Positions 57,132-64,000 of a stretch of DNA of 64,000 nucleotides are shown here, one piece after another. The notes below the pieces were generated by a model. It did not search any database. It saw only the letters and a list, made by a program, of their open reading frames with translations, and was not told the DNA's origin. Position numbers and translations under genes: made by a program. Every line of letters starts with the position of its first letter. Position 1 is the stretch's first letter. This stretch comes from a bacterium (GTDB lineage: Bacteria > CLD3 > SB21), in contig WBUR01000025.1 in the NCBI GenBank assembly GCA_008933615.1, positions 8 through 64,007 of the forward strand, given 5' to 3'.

Positions 57132-58244
57132 CTAAAACTCTTTTACCCTCATTTGTATAGTTTGCCCGTTTGCAGAACTGATTTCATAATTAATTATACC
57201 AATCCATTTTTTATTATCAGCAACAAAGTGCCAGTTACTACCATATTTCGTTGCCGATGTTTTTACCCATTTCTCTCCGATATTTAACTGATATTCAAGC
57301 AATTGAACCAGTTTTTCATGAGACAAATCAGTTTTGACATGTAATTTGGTTTCCCAGGACACGTTATCTCCACTATAAGAAAGAGTCCTGTATTCAAATG
57401 GTGAAAATACAGATCGGGGACCTTGCAAATATTTGTCTGCCAACATTCCTCGAATATATTTCGGCTCTGGATCCCAATCATATTCAAGATTCGTAGCAAT
57501 TACTTGTGTCCTGCCAACCCCTAAATATTTTGAAATAACATGAAATGTTGCATCAATGCCGGACGATAGTCCTGCAGAAGTAACAATCTTACCATTATCT
57601 ACAAATCGTTTGTTTGAAACAACTCGAGCCTTTGGCGCTAATCGTTGCAAAGATGGAATTAGACTCAAAAATGTGGTCGCCTCTAACCCGTCTAACAAAC
57701 CGGCATTGCCTAAAAAGAAAGCCCCATTACACACGGACAAAATAGTTTCACTCTCACCGTTTATTTTTTTTACCCAATTCATGATACCTGCATTATCATA
57801 TTCCACATTGCCACCAGGCAATAAAATAATATCAGCATGCGGTGCGTTAACAAAGGTATAATCCGGTTGTATTCTCATACCCATGGCATTGATAAGGGTA
57901 TCATTTTGTGCGACAGTGAAAACCCTCATTCCAGCTTGCAAGAAAATTTCCCAAGGCGCCGCAAAGTCTATAATCTCCGCGCCTGGAAAGATTAATATGC
58001 CGACAGTTTTACCGGTACTCATTTGATGCTCGTGATTATTTCTGTTAACATTTTTTATTTCTTTAAATGAAGCATACAAAATCATACCGCAAGACGGACA
58101 TAACCCTGGATGATCAAAAAAACTTCCGTCGTCAACGCAGCCACAAGGACCACAAACAAACGCAATTTCTCCATTTTCCTGACTGAATAAACTTCCAGCA
58201 ACCAAAAGCGAAATCACAGCGCCTTTTATTAACATAGCCTTCAT
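57132..58244 (-). CDS. Secreted DJ-1/PfpI-family protein with an N-terminal Cys-rich motif and a ~110-aa C-terminal extension
   Basis: Signal peptide. CGPCGC...CPSCG cluster. DJ-1/PfpI core (VGILIFPGAEIIDFAAPWEIF, nucleophile elbow ILSVCNGAFFLGNAGLLDG). Confidence 0.8.
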   Translation of the reverse strand: MKAMLIKGAVISLLVAGSLFSQENGEIAFVCGPCGCVDDGSFFDHPGLCPSCGMILYASFKEIKNVNRNNHEHQMSTGKTVGILIFPGAEIIDFAAPWEIFLQAGMRVFTVAQNDTLINAMGMRIQPDYTFVNAPHADIILLPGGNVEYDNAGIMNWVKKINGESETILSVCNGAFFLGNAGLLDGLEATTFLSLIPSLQRLAPKARVVSNKRFVDNGKIVTSAGLSSGIDATFHVISKYLGVGRTQVIATNLEYDWDPEPKYIRGMLADKYLQGPRSVFSPFEYRTLSYSGDNVSWETKLHVKTDLSHEKLVQLLEYQLNIGEKWVKTSATKYGSNWHFVADNKKWIGIINYEISSANGQTIQMRVKEF

Positions 58245-58323
58245 AATAGAATCTCCTTTTTTTGATGTACTGACATGTCTCTTAAAAACTCGTAATTACA
58301 TACGCTAAACAACTGAAACTGTT

Positions 58324-58358
58324 TGTGGTGAAAATTGCTTTTTTAAGATCCGTCATGA
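58324..58358 (-). promoter_or_regulatory. 35-bp conserved element, copy A (operator or recombination-junction candidate)
   Basis: TGTGGTGAAAATTGCTTTTTTAAGATCCGTCATGA matches copy B at 32 of 35 positions. Lies 80 bp upstream of the DJ-1/PfpI start and 23 nt beyond the stop of the MBL gene fragment. Confidence 0.6.
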
Positions 58359-58380
58359 AACTGAAAGCAACAAGAAATCT

Positions 58381-58545
58381 TCAGTCAATAGTTACAGTTT
58401 CACCTGGCTCTATGATTCGGGTTTGTATTCCGCACTCCGACCCAATTCTAAGAAATACCTCTTCGCAACAAGAATAGGATTGATACACTATCAAAACATA
58501 CCGTTTGTTTGTGATGTGGCCGGAATGGGAGGCAAATGTAAATGA
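58381..58545 (-). pseudogene. Degraded duplicate of the 3' end of the MBL hydrolase gene at 59095-59850
   Basis: 58381-58500 aligns base-for-base with 59095-59220 (YQSYSCCEEVFLRIGSECGIQTRIIEPGETVTID* versus ...SENGIQIRIIEPGEIVTIG*). An indel near 58497 breaks the frame, and similarity fades by ~58545. Confidence 0.75.
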
Positions 58546-58625
58546 AATAATTCATTTTTCAAATTCTCTGTGGACCGCTCTCTTAAAATTTGTCCACTGT
58601 GTAGGATTCGTTTCTTTTTGCCGTT

Positions 58626-59048
58626 CTACCTGTCGCCAGAAAATAAAGTTTCCGCTTGTTTAAAAAACAGGTTTTCTCTGAAATCATTTGGTTTCAAATC
58701 GTTCAACAATTTTGGGCCACTGGGTCTTACTTCCTTTATTATTTTCTGAAAATTGTATTCACTTGCTTTAAACTGTAAACTATCTCGATACTCCGTAATA
58801 AGTATAAAGTCAAAATTGGCCGTTGTGTTTTTAGTTGTTGCTAGTAATCTATATGATTTTATAAATCCTCTTTCAACTGCGATTTCCCTGTAAACTTTCC
58901 AGTTGTTCTCATAAAAAAACAGTGTTTCAATCCGTCTATCATTCTTGATTTGAACGAAATCCAAAGTTGAGATACTATTGCTATTTTGTGCAGAAGATAT
59001 TGAAGGTATAATTACTAAAATTAAAAAAAGAAATTTGTTCATATTCAT
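58626..59048 (-). CDS. Secreted hypothetical protein
   Basis: The ATG at 59048 or 59042 is followed by signal peptide MNMNKFLFLILVIIPSISSAQ. The longer ORF-track version starts at a GTG inside the MBL gene. Confidence 0.55.
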   Translation of the reverse strand: MNMNKFLFLILVIIPSISSAQNSNSISTLDFVQIKNDRRIETLFFYENNWKVYREIAVERGFIKSYRLLATTKNTTANFDFILITEYRDSLQFKASEYNFQKIIKEVRPSGPKLLNDLKPNDFRENLFFKQAETLFSGDR

Positions 59049-59094
59049 TTTAGCCTTAAAATCTGTTATGAAATTGATATCATTAAAAAAGTCT

Positions 59095-59850
59095 TCAGCC
59101 AATAGTAACGATTTCACCCGGCTCTATAATGCGGATTTGAATTCCGTTTTCAGATCCAATTCTGAGAAATACCTCCTCGCAACAAGAATAGGATTGATAC
59201 GTTTCACTATCAAACATGCCATAGTGGATAGGAATGACATAAGTCGTTTTTAATAATTTCGAGGCCGCCAGCGCTTGCTCTGGTGTCATCGATGCAGGTA
59301 TGGGGCTAAAGTCATAACCGATTTTTTCAAAATGAACCACCGCACCATTGATAGGCAAAAGAGCAAGATCAAATGGCGAATACATTCTGCCAATTTCCCA
59401 AAATTTTCCATGCCAAATAGAATCTCCGCAGTGTATTAACTTTCGATCGTTATGTGCAATTATCCACGATACCTGGGGATCGCCAATACCGTCAGAGGCA
59501 AAAACGGGGATAAATGAAACGCTACCAAACTCAAATGTTTCATTAAGCTCCAATTCGATCTGTCTTTTAAAACCATCTTCTCTAATTTTTGGCGAAATAG
59601 ACTTGTGGCAAATAACCATCCCGTCCTTTTTAAGGCATTTATTAATTATGGAAGGGTCATAATGATCGGGATGCAAATGCGTCAGAACTACAAAATCTGC
59701 CTGAATTGAATCGGAAAACTTAAAAATTTGCTCTCTTGGCGATCCCATGAACTTTGCCGCCACATTAAAATACTCTACGGCATCGACAAGAATGCAAATT
59801 TTATTACATTCAATTTTTATACCAGCCCAAGACAGGCGTTGAATTTTCAT
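59095..59850 (-). CDS. MBL-fold metallo-hydrolase
   Basis: HxHxDH motif (VVLTHLHPDHYD) plus downstream HCGD and PIHYG ligand contexts. Confidence 0.85.
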   Translation of the reverse strand: MKIQRLSWAGIKIECNKICILVDAVEYFNVAAKFMGSPREQIFKFSDSIQADFVVLTHLHPDHYDPSIINKCLKKDGMVICHKSISPKIREDGFKRQIELELNETFEFGSVSFIPVFASDGIGDPQVSWIIAHNDRKLIHCGDSIWHGKFWEIGRMYSPFDLALLPINGAVVHFEKIGYDFSPIPASMTPEQALAASKLLKTTYVIPIHYGMFDSETYQSYSCCEEVFLRIGSENGIQIRIIEPGEIVTIG

Positions 59851-59905
59851 TCCAAATAACTCTTCTTAAAAAAGAATAACTTTCACAGCGCTGCAATTGT
59901 TTTAT

Positions 59906-60256
59906 TCACTTAAAACTATTCCAGCTTTTAATAATAAACCAAGCGGTCAGGCCGGAAGTAATAAGTACTACGATAATGTGATAATAAATACCGTAGTATA
60001 TATCCAAGATGATTACTAGCCCGACTAAGACTAAAGCCATCCACACTCCCCATTGTTGCAAATACCACATTCCGATAATAGCAATCATATTCAATACTTG
60101 GATGATTCTTAACAACAGCAAACTAGTCGGGTTCATTTTAGAATACTGGCTTAAAAAAGTATCCGCACTGCTCGAAATAGTTATAAAACCATATATATTA
60201 CCTATAAACAGTAACACCAACATTACAATCAATCCAAAAGGGCGGGAAGCGATCAT
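59906..60256 (-). CDS. Small four-TM membrane protein, hypothetical
   Basis: Hydrophobic 116-aa ORF. Its N-terminus MIASRPFGLIVMLVLLFIG is paralogous to the truncated ORF at 60851-61120. Confidence 0.6.
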   Translation of the reverse strand: MIASRPFGLIVMLVLLFIGNIYGFITISSSADTFLSQYSKMNPTSLLLLRIIQVLNMIAIIGMWYLQQWGVWMALVLVGLVIILDIYYGIYYHIIVVLITSGLTAWFIIKSWNSFK

Positions 60257-60293
60257 AAAGTTTATCTTTCTCCAAAACGATCATACAATCGTA

Positions 60294-60854
60294 TTATAAA
60301 ATGCTTTCAAGTCGTTTAAAAGCTCCGCTCCAAGCTTTTGTGAAATATTGTCGGGCCGCCTCCCACTCATTTCCGTGGTGCCAACCGGTATGTAATAAAG
60401 TAATTTTTGTTTTGGTTGCGCTCAATGAAGTAAACAGGAGAGTTACCGTAGTAAGAGGTCTAACATTATTCATGAACTTTTTCTGATCTGCATTGCCCCG
60501 CCACTCAACCGTTAGGTAGTATGGTCGCTCAAAGGCTAAAACTTTACAACCATAGGTACTATTATTTGTGGGATCCGGATCTTCAGGTGTCCAAAACAAC
60601 TCATATTTTCCCCCCACCTTCATTTCAACATCTGCTTTAAGTGTGAGCCATTTCGATAACAGTGTATTATCACTAAAGTAACTGAAAACCGTATCAATAG
60701 GACTATTCAAAACAGTGGTGACTTTTATGATTTGATCTTGATTGTCTGTCATTCCAATTTCTTTGGTTTCTTGTTGGCATGAAAATGAAAACAGGTTTCC
60801 TAAGCAAATAATAGATGTCAAGATTAACAACACATATCGGTATAGTCTTTTCAT
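60294..60854 (-). CDS. SRPBCC/AHSA1-like domain lipoprotein, paralogue 1
   Basis: Lipobox FSFSCQ. SRPBCC-like pattern (IKVTTVLNSPIDTVFSYFSDNTLLSKWL...GGKYELFW...LTVEWRG). Close paralogue of 61138-61704. Confidence 0.65.
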   Translation of the reverse strand: MKRLYRYVLLILTSIICLGNLFSFSCQQETKEIGMTDNQDQIIKVTTVLNSPIDTVFSYFSDNTLLSKWLTLKADVEMKVGGKYELFWTPEDPDPTNNSTYGCKVLAFERPYYLTVEWRGNADQKKFMNNVRPLTTVTLLFTSLSATKTKITLLHTGWHHGNEWEAARQYFTKAWSGAFKRLESIL

Positions 60855-61120
60855 AATGTTCCGATCCCTATACCTTTCATAACGGATCCTCTTTGATTTA
60901 CTATTTGCAAATAATTGACCCTGTTTGTACAGATTTGTGTCGTCTTTATTAACAATAATACCTTATGGTACGATTTTGAATGCAAATAGATGTGGTGAAA
61001 ATTGCCTTTTTGAAATCCGTCATGACACCGCAAGATGGCTAAGGTTAAAGCAAGCCAGACCCACCCCATGAGTAATAAAACCAATAATATTACTAATCCA
61101 AAAGGACGCGAGAAAATCAT
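60851..61120 (-). pseudogene. Truncated copy of the small membrane protein gene, interrupted by 35-bp element copy B
   Basis: The first ~30 codons (MIFSRPFGLVILLVLLLMGWVWLALTLAIL) parallel 59906-60256. From aa ~32 the frame reads through element B (RCHDGFQKGNFHH) into unrelated sequence. Confidence 0.65.
60991..61025 (-). promoter_or_regulatory. 35-bp conserved element, copy B
   Basis: TGTGGTGAAAATTGCCTTTTTGAAATCCGTCATGA, 137 bp upstream of the SRPBCC paralogue 1 start. Flanks on both sides are unrelated to those of copies A and C. Confidence 0.6.
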
Positions 61121-61137
61121 GAGTTATACTTATTGTT

Positions 61138-61704
61138 TTATAATAATAAAATGCTTTCCAATTGATTTAAGGCTGCTGCCCATGCCTTTATGAAATGTTC
61201 CCGAGCCGCCTCCCATTCGGTACCTTGACGCCAGCCGGTATGAAGCAGCGTAATTTTAGTCTTTTTTTCGCCAAGCGAAGTAAAAAGAACAGTGACCATG
61301 GTGAGCGGTCTAACATTATTCATAAACATTTTTTGATCGGCGTTGCCCCGCCATTCAAACATTAGATAATGCGGTCTTTCAAACGCAAGAACTTTACATC
61401 CGTACGTACTATTATTAGTGGGGTCGAGATTTTCGGGTGACCAAAAAAGCTCGTATTTACCACCCTCTATCAATTCTACATCGGCTGTGACAGCAAGCCA
61501 TTTCGATAACAAGTTGTTATCAATGAAGTAATTGAATGCTGTATTCACGGAGCAATTCACAACGGCATTTACTTTGATAATTCGATCCTGGTTGTCTGTC
61601 AAACGCGTACCTTTTTTTTCTTGGTGGCATGAAAACAGAAATAGGCACAACATACCCATGAACACCGCCGAACACATAAGTTGTTTATTTTTAAGTCTTT
61701 TCAT
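61138..61704 (-). CDS. SRPBCC/AHSA1-like domain lipoprotein, paralogue 2
   Basis: Lipobox FLFSCH. Long identical runs with paralogue 1 (DPTNNSTYGCKVLAFERP, KTKITLLHTGW, FMNNVRPLT). Confidence 0.65.
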   Translation of the reverse strand: MKRLKNKQLMCSAVFMGMLCLFLFSCHQEKKGTRLTDNQDRIIKVNAVVNCSVNTAFNYFIDNNLLSKWLAVTADVELIEGGKYELFWSPENLDPTNNSTYGCKVLAFERPHYLMFEWRGNADQKMFMNNVRPLTMVTVLFTSLGEKKTKITLLHTGWRQGTEWEAAREHFIKAWAAALNQLESILLL

Positions 61705-61760
61705 TTTTTTTTATCAAATTCTTATGTATTCTTGGAGTCATTTATGAAACTAATTTTAGA

Positions 61761-62849
61761 TCAGTTGCTTTTGGCATCTAAAACTTTTCCAAGCAAGGTT
61801 AAACTTTCTTTGAGTTCGATGCGTTTTCCGAGCCACTTATTCAGAATTGAACCGGGATCAGCAAGCAACACAGCGACCATGTCAAGCTCGGGATTGACAA
61901 AAATAAATTGTCCGCCGTTGCCGCGAGCCATATAACCTAATCTAGTACCGCTGCGATCTTTGAGTATCCACCAGAGATATCCATAGTCGAAATATTTTGT
62001 TACTGTGAAATGACTTCGGGTACTTTCCTCAATCCATTCGGATGATATCAGGGATTGTTTGTTCCATGATCCTTTACGGAGATAGAGAAGCCCAAACCGT
62101 GCGGCGTCTCTAGCCGTTAGTTTAAAAACGTAGGCCGGATGGACGGAGCCGTTATCTATAATCATTTCTGTATCATCCATTGAAAAATCCTCCATTTGTA
62201 GAGGGATGGCGATCTTCTGTTCAAAACTTTTGAAAATATCTTGAGAGGTGATCTTGGAATACAACGTCCCAAGAGCGTTGAAATCCCAATTATTATAGTA
62301 CCAATGTTCACCCGCTTTTTTTGATCCTCGCGCCGGCTTTTTCTCATCAGCTTCGCTTGTTGTATAATTTGCAGGAAGATAAATACCTGATGTAGACGTC
62401 AGAAGGTCTTTTATCTTCGCTTCTTTTTCCTTTTCAGAAAGTTTCTTGCTATCATCTATTCCGAGATCTGAAAGACGTAGATTAATGTTAATGGAATCAA
62501 TATATACACCAAACAGCCCGTTCAGTAAGCTCTTACGTATCGAACGAACGTTTATTTTTTTTTGGGTTTCGCCCCATGAAGCAATAACATAACCGCCAGA
62601 AATAAGCATAAAGGCGTCCGCATTTAATGAATCAAAATATTGATGCGCTTTTTCAAGTTTGTCAGCTGACCATCCCATTTTAAGTGGGTCAGTTCGATTC
62701 CAAGATTTACCGGGAAAATATGACGGAACAGGATTTGCGACATATTCGAATTTGTCAAGCTCAGAATAGTTTTTTTCCTGTGAGCACCCGCTCTTGCTGG
62801 AAAGTAGTATGCCAGTTACCATAATGCATATAACGTAAGTTACGTTCAT
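61761..62849 (-). CDS. Beta-lactamase-related serine hydrolase (class C / PBP4*-like) lipoprotein
   Basis: Lipobox-like SSKSGCS. S-x-x-K motif (VRSIRKSLL), Y-x-N (YYNNWDF) and a late GNGGQF box. Confidence 0.75.
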   Translation of the reverse strand: MNVTYVICIMVTGILLSSKSGCSQEKNYSELDKFEYVANPVPSYFPGKSWNRTDPLKMGWSADKLEKAHQYFDSLNADAFMLISGGYVIASWGETQKKINVRSIRKSLLNGLFGVYIDSININLRLSDLGIDDSKKLSEKEKEAKIKDLLTSTSGIYLPANYTTSEADEKKPARGSKKAGEHWYYNNWDFNALGTLYSKITSQDIFKSFEQKIAIPLQMEDFSMDDTEMIIDNGSVHPAYVFKLTARDAARFGLLYLRKGSWNKQSLISSEWIEESTRSHFTVTKYFDYGYLWWILKDRSGTRLGYMARGNGGQFIFVNPELDMVAVLLADPGSILNKWLGKRIELKESLTLLGKVLDAKSN

Positions 62850-62992
62850 TTGACCGCCTTGAATTTATTTTTTGATTTGGGAACTTTTACGAAATTTATT
62901 TTCCAAAGTAACCTCGTATTCTTGTATCATCTTTTTAAATGCGTGATTCTTTGAAAGCGCGATTCAATTTAACGGTGAAACGGGTACGTGGG

Positions 62993-63021
62993 TGTGGTGA
63001 AAATTGCTTTTTTTCGAAATC
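62993..63021 (-). promoter_or_regulatory. 35-bp conserved element, copy C (partial, 29 bp)
   Basis: TGTGGTGAAAATTGCTTTTTTTCGAAATC abuts and overlaps the araC-family stop codon (63020-63022). Lies 144 bp upstream of the serine hydrolase start. Confidence 0.55.
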
Positions 63022-63934
63022 AGGAGAGGCGGAATTGTGCAGGTGTTTGTTTGTAGTGCTTTTTAAAAAGACGGGTAAATGAGCTGCGGTCCTCGAATCC
63101 GACATCACAACAAATGTCATTTAGTTTCAGATGCGAAGTTTTAAGAAGATGTTCGGCTTCTTTAAGTCTTCTAAGAGTGAGGTATTGATGCGGCGTCATT
63201 TTGAATAACAACTTGAATTGTCTGAGTAAATGATGTTTTGACATGTACGCGATTTCACTCAGTTGTTCAAGGCTGATTGGATCGGCGTAGCATGAATCTA
63301 TAAAATCTCGAGCGATATGCACCCGACGGTAAATTTCTTCACGTGTTGAACGTCTTTTCGCATTGATCGTATCCACCAGCCGGTTCATTCTGGTGTGTTC
63401 GATTAACAGGCTTTCGTACAAAAACGACATTTCTTCTTCAATACGTTGATAATTCAACCTGAAATCAGCCGTCATTTTTCCAATGGCCATTATATGATGT
63501 GAAATCGAGGGGGAAATACTGTGTACGTGCTCAAAAAATCGTACACGATCTGCTTGGCAAATTTGAGGATCATCCAATAACTTTTGTTCATTTAAACCGG
63601 CATACGCATGAAAAGAATCAAGAAATATGGGTCCAAAATTGAAAGTCAAAGATTCAACGCGCTCATACGGGCGCACATAACTGGCGTAGTGTGTGTCTTC
63701 GTTAAAAACAAGTATACAATGCGAGTTGACCCCTAGAATAGTATTATTTTTAATATAATATTCCGTGCCCATTAATGTTGTTTTTAGCGACAATGGCCCC
63801 CAGTGAGTCGGAAAAGAGATTTCACCCGATTTGCAATGAATGATGACATCAGCATCTCCGTATGAATCAAACCACTCGCATTTATCAAATCGATGACGCA
63901 CAGGATCGGGAAAATGATCGATATATTTTATCAT
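63020..63934 (-). CDS. AraC-family transcriptional regulator
   Basis: C-terminal double HTH (ISLEQLSEIAYMSKHHLLRQFKLLF..., LNDICCDVGFEDRSSFTRLFKKHYKQTPAQFR). The N-terminal ~180 aa is a ligand/dimerisation-type domain. Confidence 0.9.
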   Translation of the reverse strand: MIKYIDHFPDPVRHRFDKCEWFDSYGDADVIIHCKSGEISFPTHWGPLSLKTTLMGTEYYIKNNTILGVNSHCILVFNEDTHYASYVRPYERVESLTFNFGPIFLDSFHAYAGLNEQKLLDDPQICQADRVRFFEHVHSISPSISHHIMAIGKMTADFRLNYQRIEEEMSFLYESLLIEHTRMNRLVDTINAKRRSTREEIYRRVHIARDFIDSCYADPISLEQLSEIAYMSKHHLLRQFKLLFKMTPHQYLTLRRLKEAEHLLKTSHLKLNDICCDVGFEDRSSFTRLFKKHYKQTPAQFRLS

Positions 63935-64000
63935 CCAACAATAGCCTGGTCAAAAAAAAGTCAAAATATAGTAAAAAATTTATACCGATATTTACGGAAT

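Overview
This 64-kb window is chromosomal DNA, apparently from an FCB-group bacterium (Ignavibacteria/Bacteroidota-like). That placement is an inference: two very large secreted proteins end in Por/T9SS C-terminal sorting domains, while several intergenic regions carry sigma70-type TTGACA-N17-TATATT promoters. I saw no rRNA, tRNA, CRISPR array, integrase or transposase.

Layout, left to right:
- 1-4.5 kb: an AT-richer accessory segment that ends exactly where a 3'-terminal fragment of comM/yifB begins. It encodes a 5'-open TraD/VirD4-like P-loop ATPase with a nuclease-like C-terminal module, a small orphan gene, a membrane protein with five 25-aa N-terminal repeats, and a double-HTH XRE regulator.
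- 5.4-11.9 kb: a TetR-TolC-adaptor-RND efflux operon, followed by TerC.
- 13.4-17.8 kb: a CsgG/LpoB-like lipoprotein and a 1229-aa T9SS cargo protein with about eight propeller-like repeats.
- 17.9-27.7 kb: ackA, a membrane-anchored AraC regulator, a class-A-like serine hydrolase, a TonB-dependent receptor, a DUF3857/transglutaminase lipoprotein and a putative beta-barrel protein. The receptor's 3' end is duplicated around a 100-bp palindromic element.
- 27.8-35.6 kb: a second TetR-TolC-adaptor-RND operon and a POTRA-less Omp85 protein.
- 35.7-39.8 kb: a 1378-aa BNR/GH74-like T9SS cargo protein.
- 40.3-44.3 kb: trpF, a patatin, and a thioredoxin-OsmC-DUF302-small-membrane-protein operon.
- 44.8-55.0 kb: an S9-like hydrolase, a short Rho, an adjacent orphan permuted DNA methyltransferase, an M28 peptidase, and a gamma-CA/response-regulator/MBL cluster.
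- 55-64 kb: an AT-rich, rearranged minus-strand array under an AraC regulator. It holds a DJ-1/PfpI protein, an MBL hydrolase, two SRPBCC paralogues, a serine hydrolase, gene fragments and three copies of a discrete 35-bp element.

The best candidates for something undescribed are the comM-junction cargo module and the 35-bp-element cassette-like array. Both are hypotheses drawn from sequence reading only.
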